Shown here: in pieces, positions 27,815 through 35,850 of the stretch
Numbering within the stretch: position 1 is the stretch's first letter
Layout of the letters: the number at the start of each line of letters is the position of its first letter
IMG/VR virus record: IMGVR_UViG_2974628344_000001
Span: 60,329 to 124,328 of that record
DNA: 64,000 bases
DNA from: Streptomyces virus Wollford
Lineage: Duplodnaviria; Heunggongvirae; Uroviricota; Caudoviricetes
Strand: one strand, 5' to 3'
Notes under the pieces: generated by a model
Told to the model about the DNA's origin: nothing
Seen by the model: only the letters and a program-made list of their open reading frames with translations
Databases searched by the model: none
Position numbers and translations under genes: made by a program

Positions 27815-27941
27815 AGGAATGTAGTTTAATGGCAAAACCGCGAAATGCAATGTCGAACGAGAAGTGCTGCTGAGCTAAAGGCGGGTCTTCTACTAGTAGA
27901 TAACAGAGTAGCAGTTGTGGGTTCGAATCCCGCCATTCCGC
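27815..27941 (+). tRNA. tRNA-like with about 55-nt insertion between D arm and T arm (interrupted or pseudo tRNA)
   Basis: 5' part aggaatg-ta-gttt-aatggca-aaac matches tRNA-Gly 12298 D-arm; 3' part gtgggTTCGAATcccgc-cattccg; 75 nt intervening. Confidence 0.3.
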
Positions 27942-28085
27942 TAGCCTGCACTAAATAGTCGGGTATAAGTCGGCAAAGGAGTGTACAATCCTGACCCGCT
28001 TCCCACAAAGTTCCTTGCAAGGTCTATTTAGTTATAGGGTGAGAGCGTCTTGGCAGGTTCCGGCTCATAACAGGAACCTCCACAA

Positions 28086-28157
28086 GGTCCTTTGGCAGAG
28101 ATGGTAATGCACTCGGTTGAAGCCCGAGATATTGCGGTTCGATTCCGCAGGGGACCA
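28086..28157 (+). tRNA. tRNA-Phe (GAA)
   Basis: acceptor ggtcctt/ggggacc, stem ctcgg/ccgag, loop uuGAAgc, T-arm tgcggTTCGATTccgca. Confidence 0.8.
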
Positions 28158-28205
28158 CTAGGGTTGAAGTTTGACAGATTATTTCAACCCATGTATACTT
28201 ACCAT

Positions 28206-28649
28206 ATGAAGACATGTACTGTATGTGGTAAGGAGAAGGACTCAGATTCATTCGCGTTTAGAAATAAAGCGAAGGGAATCCGACGAGCACAATGTAAATC
28301 TTGCATGAGTGATTACGACAAGTCTAAATATCAGACTCCTGAACGAAAGCAAGCAATCAAGGAGAATGATGCAAGAAGACGACAAGAACTGATTGACAGA
28401 GTTTGGGCAATTAAAAACAACGCCTCATGTGCAGACTGTGGCTATTCAAATCCAATAGCTCTAGAGTTTGACCATCTTCCTCAATTTCAGAAGAGTTACA
28501 ATGTCTCTGAGATGGTTGACAGAAGGTTCGCCTGGAGTAAGATTGAAGAAGAGATAGCCAAGTGCGAGATAGTCTGTGCAAACTGTCATAAGATTCGAAC
28601 TCATACAAGAGACCCACGAAGGGTCAGAAATATTACAGTAGCTTGTTGA
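28206..28649 (+). CDS. HNH homing-type endonuclease
   Basis: MKTCTVCG... zinc ribbon N-term, C-terminal DHLPQFQK...CANCH HNH core; paralogue of 36056..36514; track ORF start 28092 overlaps tRNA-Phe and is rejected. Confidence 0.75.
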   Translation: MKTCTVCGKEKDSDSFAFRNKAKGIRRAQCKSCMSDYDKSKYQTPERKQAIKENDARRRQELIDRVWAIKNNASCADCGYSNPIALEFDHLPQFQKSYNVSEMVDRRFAWSKIEEEIAKCEIVCANCHKIRTHTRDPRRVRNITVAC

Positions 28650-28674
28650 CTCAGTTCGATTCTGAGGGGGACCA
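28650..28674 (+). other. orphan tRNA 3' fragment (T-arm + acceptor 3' strand) duplicating end of tRNA-Phe
   Basis: ctcagTTCGATTctgag ggggacc a versus tgcggTTCGATTccgca ggggacc a at 28135-28157; begins 1 nt after HNH stop. Confidence 0.55.
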
Positions 28675-28747
28675 CAATGAGTAGGTAAGGAACGGTTCGA
28701 TTCCGTGTTTCCCGGGTTGGTGTATGGCGCATAGACCTGCTCAGTAT

Positions 28748-28818
28748 TCCGCAGTGGTGAAATGGTATCACATGGCCTTGCCAAGGCTAAAGCGCGAGTT
28801 CGATTCTCGTCTGCGGGA
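28748..28818 (+). tRNA. tRNA-Gly (GCC)
   Basis: acceptor tccgcag/ctgcggg, D gtga/tcac, stem tggcc/ggcta, loop uuGCCaa, T-arm gcgagTTCGATTctcgt. Confidence 0.7.
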
Positions 28819-28821
28819 CTG

Positions 28822-28920
28822 GTGAATGTAAATGGAGGTAGTATGGTTCGATTCCATACGGCCGGTGGCCCGGTATAAAAAGTTAGCTACTGCCCAAGGT
28901 TCGATTCCTTGACATTCACT
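28822..28920 (+). other. aberrant 99-nt tRNA-like element with two T-arm hairpins
   Basis: 8-bp closing stem gtgaatgt/acattcac enclosing tatggTTCGATTccata, ggccggtggcccgg hairpin and caaggTTCGATTccttg. Confidence 0.3.
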
Positions 28921-28924
28921 TAAT

Positions 28925-28997
28925 GCCTCTGTAGAGTAATGGATAACTCAACAGCCTTCTAAGCTGAAAATTGCAGGTTCGAATCCTGTCAGGGGTA
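28925..28997 (+). tRNA. tRNA-Arg (UCU)
   Basis: acceptor gcctctg/caggggt, loop cuUCUaa, T-arm gcaggTTCGAATcctgt. Confidence 0.75.
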
Positions 28998-29017
28998 CTT
29001 TCTACAATGGAGACACC

Positions 29018-29203
29018 ATGCCTGTAACGATGACTGAGCTATTTCTGGCCGGTGTGATTGAGCACCACGGAATAGAACCAAATGGCGAAGCTCTAATTAA
29101 GATCAATTGGGATGTTCTTCGTGAGTATAACTATGATCTCTATGTACATATGCGGGCGGCGGAGATTGACGCCGACCTAGATGGTGATACAATGGAGTCA
29201 TGA
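29018..29203 (+). CDS. hypothetical protein
   Basis: 61-aa ORF. Confidence 0.35.
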   Translation: MPVTMTELFLAGVIEHHGIEPNGEALIKINWDVLREYNYDLYVHMRAAEIDADLDGDTMES

Positions 29204-29353
29204 ATACGTACGAAGTAACTGTATCCCTATTGGTTACAGTGGAAGCACCTGATGAGTCAGACGCAAGAGAAGCCGTTCAAGATGCATTTGACGTTGGCGA
29301 GTTCTGCGGTCTTGATGTAAAGGATGTAGAGGTTGAGATCATTGAATCTTGAT
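29201..29353 (+). CDS. hypothetical acidic small protein
   Basis: 50-aa ORF not in track, start overlaps upstream stop. Confidence 0.3.
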
Positions 29354-29521
29354 TTCAACACTCTGGCAAAGATGACTGACTCAGATGATATTGAGTTCAT
29401 GATGAAATGCACATTCTGTACAGAACCAGCAACTACAGAGTTGACAGTAAAGGTTGGACCTGATATGGTAGTACCAATGCCGAGCTGCGAAAGCTGTAGG
29501 GCAGATGGCTGAAAGGCCAAT

Positions 29522-29593
29522 GGGCGATTAGTGTTAATGGTAGCACGAGTGACTTGCAATCACTTAGAGCGGGTTCGAACCCCGCATTGTCCA
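29522..29593 (+). tRNA. tRNA-Ala (UGC)
   Basis: acceptor gggcgat/attgtcc (G3:U70), stem agtga/tcact, loop cuUGCaa, T-arm gcgggTTCGAACcccgc. Confidence 0.8.
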
Positions 29594-29687
29594 CGCGATG
29601 AGTTAGGCCAGTACAGCTGCAATTTGAACAATTGCGGTGTCTAACGGTAGAAAACCTGGCGAACTTCCTGCGCAGGAGGTGAAGTAA

Positions 29688-29762
29688 ATGCGAGAAGGTA
29701 GTGTACTTTGGACGATTGTTGCGATTCTCGCAATCGTCGCCCTACTAATTTTCATTCTTTAA
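29688..29762 (+). CDS. 24-aa hydrophobic micro-peptide (speculative)
   Basis: MREGSVLWTIVAILAIVALLIFIL between two tRNAs, GGT-rich upstream. Confidence 0.15.
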   Translation: MREGSVLWTIVAILAIVALLIFIL

Positions 29763-29825
29763 GATTTTGGCTGGCCGGTACGAACCCCATCGTATCCTTT
29801 GCCCGAGGGTTAGGGACCAGCGCTT

Positions 29826-29898
29826 GATCCGGTAGCTCAGTCTGGCCGAGCGGAGGGCTCTTAACCCTTGGACGTGAGTTCGAATCTCACTCGGATCA
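29826..29898 (+). tRNA. tRNA-Lys (CUU)
   Basis: acceptor gatccgg/tcggatc, D gctc/gagc, stem gaggg/ccctt, loop cuCUUaa, T-arm gtgagTTCGAATctcac. Confidence 0.8.
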
Positions 29899-29905
29899 CA
29901 TAAAC

Positions 29906-29934
29906 CACCCGGCCCCTTGTGGGCCGGGTTTATT
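29906..29934 (+). terminator. Rho-independent terminator
   Basis: cacccggccc cttgt gggccgggtttatt. Confidence 0.65.
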
Positions 29935-29953
29935 CATATGTTACAATGTCTAT

Positions 29954-30508
29954 ATGACTACACCAAAGAAGTACACACCAAAGCCCGGTGACATTGGGCT
30001 CACCCGGATTGGTGGTCTAACAGGAGTCCTAGTGGGTCTAGGACAATTTATCATTAGAGATGCAAGTCGATACACCCATGTGTTTGTTGTATTGGATGAT
30101 GACACCGTTCTAGAGGCCATGCCAGGCGGAGCGATCATCAGTCCACTTAGCAAGTATGCTGGAACTACCAAGTATGGAAGCCCGGTGGCAGCGTACCTTG
30201 ATATCAAGTTGACAGCAGAGCAGCGAACACGTATCGTAGAAGAAGCTAGACAGCTCGTAGGAACGCCGTACAGCTTCCTTGACTATGTTGCCTTGGCTCT
30301 GGAAAGATTTGGTCTTAGCTGGAAGAGACTTGAGAACTATGTAGCTTCTACTAAGCATATGATCTGTTCTCAGCTAGCTGACGAGGTATACAAGAGAGCT
30401 GGCGTTCATCTGTTTGAAGATGGTAGACTGTCTCAGAAGGTCACTCCTGGTGATCTTACCTACGTTGGAATGGACCAGCGATATGAAGAAGAACTGCCTG
30501 GGCTGTAA
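29954..30508 (+). CDS. hypothetical protein
   Basis: 184-aa ORF. Confidence 0.5.
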   Translation: MTTPKKYTPKPGDIGLTRIGGLTGVLVGLGQFIIRDASRYTHVFVVLDDDTVLEAMPGGAIISPLSKYAGTTKYGSPVAAYLDIKLTAEQRTRIVEEARQLVGTPYSFLDYVALALERFGLSWKRLENYVASTKHMICSQLADEVYKRAGVHLFEDGRLSQKVTPGDLTYVGMDQRYEEELPGL

Positions 30509-30671
30509 GAAGGACAAGCCTGTCAGTGATTTTGGTACGACTGGCAACGCGAGGGCCTTGTGCTCCAAGTGTCGATCTGCTAGAGTAGTTACCAACAAGA
30601 AGTCCGGTGGCAAGGGTTTTGCTGATGCTATTGGAGACTTCTTCGATGGGATCGGTGATCTGTTCTCTTGA
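30414..30671 (+). CDS. zinc-ribbon small protein
   Basis: CLGCKK...CSKCRS; overlaps end of previous ORF in another frame, start uncertain. Confidence 0.3.
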   Translation: MKMVDCLRRSLLVILPTLEWTSDMKKNCLGCKKDKPVSDFGTTGNARALCSKCRSARVVTNKKSGGKGFADAIGDFFDGIGDLFS

Positions 30672-30696
30672 CAAGAACTCAACTACTTGCTAAGCT
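30668..30696 (+). promoter_or_regulatory. promoter TTGACA-N17-TAAGCT
   Basis: recurrent promoter family. Confidence 0.35.
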
Positions 30697-30861
30697 TGAA
30701 CACAAGCTGAAGATGGCAAAGCGAAACATGTCAGCCGCTAATCAGCGAGACGATCGCGTAGCAATACGTGGCTTTGCTGTAGAAGTAAATGATACAAACA
30801 GCTTTATTCAAGAACTCAAGAGACTCAAAAGTCTCGATTAGTAAATGCCCGAAAGGGCTAT

Positions 30862-30938
30862 TCTCACGATACACCTGTGTGGCTTGGTGTAGCAGACTGT
30901 TAATCTGCCGGTCGTAGGTTCGACTCCTACCGTGAGAG
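30862..30938 (+). tRNA. tRNA-Asn (GUU)
   Basis: acceptor tctcacg/cgtgaga, stem gcaga/tctgc, loop cuGUUaa, T-arm gtaggTTCGACTcctac. Confidence 0.65.
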
Positions 30939-31070
30939 CTGGCCGCCAAAGCTAGAGGAGATAGCTACTTCTAGCAAGGATAAACCGGATGATAGATCAT
31001 AGTTTTCTAGATAAGCTGTGGTTGAAGACAAGGTGGAAACCCGGAGGCAAACCGGGGCACGGCCAACCAC

Positions 31071-31099
31071 TTGACACAGTAGCTATCACGCACTAGGAT
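31071..31099 (+). promoter_or_regulatory. promoter TTGACA-N17-TAGGAT
   Basis: 7 nt upstream of small ORF 31107..31274 (leaderless-type spacing). Confidence 0.4.
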
Positions 31100-31106
31100 G
31101 GGAACA

Positions 31107-31274
31107 TGAACGAAATCGAAGCGTGGCTTCTGAACATCGAAGGCGTCCCTACCTGGAAGGGCCTCTACCGAGAAGAGGCTGTAGTGGCGAATAACGAGGT
31201 CTGGGTTTGGTTCAAGATCGATGGAGGTCAATGGGCTCTCCAGCGGCCACAGTGGATCGTTATTCCTGACTGAC
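31107..31274 (+). CDS. hypothetical small protein
   Basis: 55-aa ORF not in track: MNEIEAWLLNIEGVPTWKGLYREEAVVANNEVWVWFKIDGGQWALQRPQWIVIPD. Confidence 0.35.
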
Positions 31275-31472
31275 TTAGCTCATGGCACGTAGATTCTAAG
31301 ATCGAAGGGGTTTTACGTCTTTTCAAATCCCGGCGTCGAAGATGAAGAACAGTTTAGCGGCTGTACTTGTACAAGAGGAAGACGTTGAGTACAATCGTGC
31401 TAGAGTAAAAGAAGCTGACGGACAGCTTAGAGCAAGAGACCTCGCTCAAAGAGGGAGTGCTGCATCCGACTA

Positions 31473-31545
31473 TGGCCTATAGCTTAATTGGCAGAGCGGT
31501 TGGTTGTTACCCAATCTGGTGCAGGTTCGAGTCCTGCTAGGTCAG
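31473..31545 (+). tRNA. tRNA-Asn (GUU)-like second copy; 3' CUCCA follows
   Basis: acceptor tggccta/taggtca, stem gttgg/ccaat, loop uuGUUac, T-arm gcaggTTCGAGTcctgc. Confidence 0.5.
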
Positions 31546-31573
31546 CTCCAACAATGGCTAACAAAGGAAACAA

Positions 31574-32443
31574 ATGGCATATCTGGTATTCGCCATCATC
31601 ATGGTGGTAATTATCCTCGGCGGTGCAGTTGGTTATCTGTTCACTAAGGATAAGCTAGGTGTACTAGTAGCTGTTGGTGGCGTAGCGGTACTAGGTGCTG
31701 TATCATTTATTTGGTCCATCACCAGTGTCGATAGTCGTAGCGTTGGTATCCAGACCTCATTCAATCGATACCAGGGAACACTTGACAGTGGTTTCCAGCT
31801 AACGGCTCCTTGGACAGAGCACGAAGACTTTACTACCCGTATTCAGTACCTTGATCTAGATGGTGAGAAGTGGTCCGATGGAGCACCTGTCACTTTTAAG
31901 GGCGGCGGTCGTGGTGTTGTCTTTGCTACTCCTCGCTGGAAGATTGACGAGGACTCTGCTGGTAAGCTTTGGAACAAGTACAAGACTTTCGACAATGTTC
32001 GGGATCAGCTTGTCCGTTCCTCAGTAAAGGATTCATTCCGAGCTGTGCTTACTGGCTATACTCCTAATGAGGCTCGTGAGAATGTTCGCGAGATCACTAT
32101 GGCAGTAGAAAAGGATCTGGCCAAGACCCTTACTGATGATGGTATCAAGATCGACTCCATCAGCATTAAGGACATTAAGCTTGACGACCGCACACAGTCT
32201 TCACTAGACAAGATTGTTCAGGCCAACAACGATATTGAGCGTGCTCGTGCCGAGCAGGAGCGTGCAAAGATCGATGCTGAGACCCTGAAGATCAAGGAGA
32301 AGGCTGGTAACCTGTCTGATGGTGGTCTTATGGACAAGTGCCTGACCATGATGGACAAGTGGGACGTCAAGAAGAACGGTAACCTGCCTGCTGGCTTTAG
32401 CTGCAATGGTTCTGGTGCTCCGTTCACCGTCACTAACAAGTAA
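31574..32443 (+). CDS. SPFH/band-7 (prohibitin/HflK-like) membrane protein
   Basis: N-terminal TM helix, SPFH core (QTSFNRYQGTLDSGFQLTAPW...), C-terminal coiled coil. Confidence 0.65.
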   Translation: MAYLVFAIIMVVIILGGAVGYLFTKDKLGVLVAVGGVAVLGAVSFIWSITSVDSRSVGIQTSFNRYQGTLDSGFQLTAPWTEHEDFTTRIQYLDLDGEKWSDGAPVTFKGGGRGVVFATPRWKIDEDSAGKLWNKYKTFDNVRDQLVRSSVKDSFRAVLTGYTPNEARENVREITMAVEKDLAKTLTDDGIKIDSISIKDIKLDDRTQSSLDKIVQANNDIERARAEQERAKIDAETLKIKEKAGNLSDGGLMDKCLTMMDKWDVKKNGNLPAGFSCNGSGAPFTVTNK

Positions 32444-32448
32444 TGTCA

Positions 32449-32472
32449 TGCCGCCCTTCGGGGCGGCTTTTG
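32449..32472 (+). terminator. Rho-independent terminator
   Basis: gccgccc ttcg gggcggctttt. Confidence 0.75.
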
Positions 32473-32499
32473 GCAGTTAGAGGCCCGGCGCAGAAGATG

Positions 32500-32528
32500 T
32501 TGACACGACTCCTTGCCTCTAGTAGAGT
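32500..32528 (+). promoter_or_regulatory. promoter TTGACA-N17-TAGAGTAGTA
   Basis: exact copy of the consensus seen at 33498, 35851, 46876. Confidence 0.5.
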
Positions 32529-32596
32529 AGTACATATCAACAAGCAAACAACTAGAAAATGTGTTATCCTTTAATACACAATTAAAGGAGCCGCAC

Positions 32597-32764
32597 ATGA
32601 TTAAGTTTGCTAAGAGTCTCAAGCCTGGTGACGTGACAATGTATGGACGTGTGGTTGCGAATCAGGTACTATGGACTAACAACACTGTTCAGCTAACGAT
32701 TGCAGAACAGAGCGAGAACGTTTACCTTAAGAAGTATAAGATCGTTCGGACTAACAAAGGATAA
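32597..32764 (+). CDS. KOW-like small protein
   Basis: MIKFAKSLKPGDVTMYGRVVANQVLW; internal Met of track ORF 32561. Confidence 0.4.
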   Translation: MIKFAKSLKPGDVTMYGRVVANQVLWTNNTVQLTIAEQSENVYLKKYKIVRTNKG

Positions 32765-32767
32765 GAA

Positions 32768-33154
32768 TTGAGCATCGAAGACGACATTGCCAAGGAGATT
32801 GCAGGCGAAGCTGAGGCTGAGGCTGCTTCTGGTAAGTCATGGAAGCGTATTGCCGCTGAGTCCGCCTGGAAGTTTTCCAGGGAAAAGGGTTATCCTGCCT
32901 TCAAGGCTGGTGTAAAGTTCCTTTACGCTCAGGGTAAGGATCTCAAGAACAAGCCCACAAAGCCCGGCGACAAGAAGGCATCTGCCCTTCGTCCTGGTGA
33001 TGTAACTGTTCTTGGTCAGGTTTCTGAGTCCAAGAAGGACCCTATTGCCAGAGGTCAGTATCAGATCTCATTCATCTCCTCACGAGGAGTTGTTGTTGAG
33101 ACTGTTCCTGGCAACAAGAAGTTTGGCGTTGTAGAGCGTCGACAGGTTAAGTGA
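32768..33154 (+). CDS. hypothetical protein with KOW-like C-terminal half
   Basis: LRPGDVTVLGQVSESKKDPIARGQY resembles neighbours. Confidence 0.45.
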   Translation: MSIEDDIAKEIAGEAEAEAASGKSWKRIAAESAWKFSREKGYPAFKAGVKFLYAQGKDLKNKPTKPGDKKASALRPGDVTVLGQVSESKKDPIARGQYQISFISSRGVVVETVPGNKKFGVVERRQVK

Positions 33155-33174
33155 TCATCGGCCTCCGGGCCTAA

Positions 33175-33246
33175 GTTCCTGTAGTTTAATGGAAAGAACT
33201 GACGCCTCCTAAGCGTCCAATCCCAGTTCGAGTCTGGGCAGGAACA
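33175..33246 (+). tRNA. tRNA-Arg (CCU)
   Basis: acceptor gttcctg/caggaac, stem gacgc/gcgtc, loop cuCCUaa, T-arm cccagTTCGAGTctggg. Confidence 0.8.
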
Positions 33247-33247
33247 C

Positions 33248-33496
33248 ATGGACGATAAAATGTATATAGTGATTCAGTGGGCAGACAATGATGATCCCGA
33301 TGATCCGACTTATTACGAGTATCTAGGGGTTGCTATGTCAGAGGACCGCGCAAATGATTTCATGAAGTCATTCAATCCTGGACCAGGATGGGATAAGACT
33401 GATGAATTTGAGTGGCGATGGAGCGAAAAGAATCAATACGGCTGGACCCGTTGGGCTGAGACAGGCTTGTTTGTAGAAGCTGTCAACGTTCTTTGA
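33248..33496 (+). CDS. hypothetical protein
   Basis: 82-aa ORF. Confidence 0.4.
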   Translation: MDDKMYIVIQWADNDDPDDPTYYEYLGVAMSEDRANDFMKSFNPGPGWDKTDEFEWRWSEKNQYGWTRWAETGLFVEAVNVL

Positions 33497-33497
33497 G

Positions 33498-33526
33498 TTG
33501 ACAGATCGGCCCAGTGGGAGTAGAGT
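33498..33526 (+). promoter_or_regulatory. promoter TTGACA-N17-TAGAGTAGT
   Basis: consensus copy. Confidence 0.5.
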
Positions 33527-33577
33527 AGTTAACAGATCGACAGTGAGCGTCTTAAGTACACACACTGGAGGTTAAAA

Positions 33578-33731
33578 TGAAGGTATGGTTGGTAGTTGCA
33601 GAGTGTGAGTGCAACTGGTATGGCGGCGAAGAAATCAAAAAGGCTTTCGATTCAGAAGAAAAGGCGAAGGACTACATTGCCAAGCACAAGGATGGCAAGT
33701 GGTTTTACACTTCTGAACTGGAGGTCGAATA
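33578..33731 (+). CDS. hypothetical small protein
   Basis: 50-aa ORF MKVWLVVAECECNWYGGEEIKKAFDSEEKAKDYIAKHKDGKWFYTSELEVE. Confidence 0.3.
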
Positions 33732-33746
33732 AGCCGAAAGGCTTCT

Positions 33747-33822
33747 GGGGTTGTAGCTCAATTGGAAGAGCAGTTCAATGGCATTGAACAGGTTGTGGGT
33801 TCGAGTCCCATCTTCTCCACCA
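33747..33822 (+). tRNA. tRNA-Ala (GGC)-like with poorly paired acceptor; CCA encoded
   Basis: D gctc/gagc, stem gttca/tgaac, loop auGGCau, T-arm gtgggTTCGAGTcccat, 3' ...a cca; 5' ggggttg does not pair with 3' cttctcc. Confidence 0.35.
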
Positions 33823-34070
33823 GTTTTTATCAGTTTTCTCCACTAGTTACCTGAAAACTGAACGAGGCAGGTTCTAGCAGACCTTATTGGATGCAAGGTA
33901 TAGCCCGTATACCCCTTGCAAAGAACAGACTACATGTGCTAGCATGGTTCTTATGCGGCGAAGGGTTAGTCACCCTGACCTAGCTTTTATATCGAGGCCC
34001 TAAGCCTCAAGCCTAGCCTAATAGGAACAGCCGCTGATGAAGTTGGCACTCATCGGTGAGGTTGTGTAAG

Positions 34071-34143
34071 CTCCGGTAGCTCAGTTGGTAGAGCAGTTGA
34101 CTCTTAATCATCAGGTCCACGGTTCGAGTCCGTGTCGGAGTAC
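34071..34143 (+). tRNA. tRNA-Lys (CUU)-like (anticodon stem 4/5)
   Basis: acceptor gctccgg/tcggagt, D gctc/gagc, loop cuCUUaa, T-arm cacggTTCGAGTccgtg. Confidence 0.55.
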
Positions 34144-34267
34144 AAAGCGATTATGCATGATCGCTCAATCGTATTGGGGTTCGATTCCCTCTGGTGAAAC
34201 AATACGGTGTAATTGAGCAGGAAAAGGCGGTCCCATTATGCGGGATGCTGTCTAGCCTCTCTCTTAT

Positions 34268-34344
34268 GATTCGGTAGCTCAATCTGGTTGCAGCGGCAGG
34301 CTCTTAACCTGTGTCTTATGTGGGTTCAAATCCCACCCGAATCA
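34268..34344 (+). tRNA. tRNA-Lys (CUU)
   Basis: acceptor gattcgg/ccgaatc, stem gcagg/cctgt, loop cuCUUaa, T-arm gtgggTTCAAATcccac. Confidence 0.65.
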
Positions 34345-34528
34345 CGTTTGGAAGCAGGCAAGCACACACCCCACGACTAGCCCAGAAGCCTGTGTAAGCT
34401 AGTCCGGCATAGAAGCGGCGCAGACAAGGGAAGGGCCGCCAGGTGGGAGTACCGCTACAGTGTGGCGATTGTAGTAGGCACAAGGGATGAGACCACCAGC
34501 CAACATTTATTCAAATCTCTGGGGAGCT

Positions 34529-34699
34529 ATGGCTAACAACAAGGTATGGAAGGTCGGAGACAAGGTAAAGTCTAACGACAACAAGTACAGTGGCAAGGTT
34601 GTTGAGATTATCAACGAGACGCATGTAAATGTAAACGTTGACGGACATGGCAAGATGCAATTTCGTAATAGAGAGCTGAAGCGCCAGTTTGGTGGCTGA
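34529..34699 (+). CDS. KOW-like small protein
   Basis: VGDKVKSNDNKYSGKVVEI motif. Confidence 0.45.
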   Translation: MANNKVWKVGDKVKSNDNKYSGKVVEIINETHVNVNVDGHGKMQFRNRELKRQFGG

Positions 34700-34706
34700 T
34701 GCCCAA

Positions 34707-34779
34707 GATTCCTTAGCTCAGTTGGTAGAGCAGCGGACTTTTAATCCGAAGCGCGTCAGTTCGAGTCTGACAGGAATCA
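34707..34779 (+). tRNA. tRNA-Lys (UUU)
   Basis: acceptor gattcct/aggaatc, D gctc/gagc, loop cuUUUaa, T-arm gtcagTTCGAGTctgac. Confidence 0.8.
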
Positions 34780-34807
34780 CGTAAGAAAGGTGTAAAGCCT
34801 TATTTAT

Positions 34808-34880
34808 CCCTCTGTGGCGCAACGGATAGCGCAGCGGTCTTCGAAGTCGTTGGTTGGGGGTTCGAATCCCTCCAGAGGGG
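34808..34880 (+). tRNA. tRNA-Arg (UCG)
   Basis: acceptor ccctctg/cagaggg, D gcgc/gcgc, loop cuUCGaa, T-arm gggggTTCGAATccctc. Confidence 0.7.
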
Positions 34881-35057
34881 CCTTGACATAGCCAGACTGG
34901 CATGTCAGTATGTAAGAGAGCACACGGACAAGGCTTTGGCGGATGAGAGTAGTTCAAGCGGTGGTAACTTAAATGCCCACTTAATGATGCTCAACAAGCC
35001 GGTGGGATGCGAGTGGTGATGCTCTCTTTTGATATTCAATCCTATTCAAGGAGTAAC

Positions 35058-35849
35058 ATGGGATTCCTTCCCCGTAAGAAGAAGGCTTTTATTCCGGCGA
35101 AGAATCTGTCAGCCAAGAAGACTGTTTCTCTGACTCCGATCGAGTCTGGTAAGCCTGCTGCAAATGTCAGCCTTATCAAGCAAAACGGCGTGAACTTCGA
35201 GAAGAAGGTCAACAGCGCTGTTAGTCTCCAGAAGGACATGGGCGTTGCAAATCGATTCGATGTTATCGGTCTGATCGATGAGTCATACTCAATGGACGAT
35301 CTGTTTGACAACGGAACTGTTCAGGAGATCACCGAGCGTATTCTTGCTTGGACTGCTGGAGTTGATGCTGACGGAATGGCCCCGGTGGGAGGATTTGCCT
35401 CCGGTTTCGAATGGCATGGAGAAATTGACCTAAGCAACGTTATGGGTTGTGCCTCTACCTGGAACACCTGGGGCGGAACTGATCTAACTGCTGGTCTTCG
35501 CGAAGCCTTTGAGGTTGCCAAGGGCGCTGACAACCCTGTTTATCTGTTCATTGTCACCGATGGTGCTCCGAACGACCGACAGGCTGTCATCGACCTTATC
35601 GCTCAGATGAGTGAGTACCCGATCTTCATCAAGATTGTCCTTGTTGGTGATGATCCGCAGGGCAAGAAGTTCGTTGAGTACCTTGACGATCTTGAGAAGC
35701 ACGAGCCTGGTCGTCGTCTCTTCGACAACACTGACGCTCAGCACATCCGTGACGCCTCTCGTGTCAGCGATGACGATTTCAACAAGGCGATGACGGAGGA
35801 AGTTCCTTCTGCGATTGACGCAATGCGTCAGGTTGGTCTGGTCGTCTGA
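35058..35849 (+). CDS. vWA domain protein (TerY/TerF-like)
   Basis: IGLIDESYSMDD MIDAS motif, FIVTDGAPND; internal Met of track ORF 35007. Confidence 0.6.
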   Translation: MGFLPRKKKAFIPAKNLSAKKTVSLTPIESGKPAANVSLIKQNGVNFEKKVNSAVSLQKDMGVANRFDVIGLIDESYSMDDLFDNGTVQEITERILAWTAGVDADGMAPVGGFASGFEWHGEIDLSNVMGCASTWNTWGGTDLTAGLREAFEVAKGADNPVYLFIVTDGAPNDRQAVIDLIAQMSEYPIFIKIVLVGDDPQGKKFVEYLDDLEKHEPGRRLFDNTDAQHIRDASRVSDDDFNKAMTEEVPSAIDAMRQVGLVV

Positions 35850-35850
35850 T

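Noticed and set aside
28092-28205. Upstream extension of HNH ORF (track start 28092) and of lipoprotein ORF (37788)
   Set aside because: The extensions overlap complete tRNAs (Phe 28086..28157; 37757..37828). Internal Met codons 28206 and 37830 give N-termini matching paralogues and a lipobox.
28157-28676. Group I intron (with HNH homing endonuclease) inside a tRNA gene
   Set aside because: Only 49 nt separate tRNA-Phe from the HNH start, and the tRNA 3' fragment begins 1 nt after the stop. That leaves no room for a group I ribozyme core of about 250 nt. A free-standing HNH insertion is more parsimonious.
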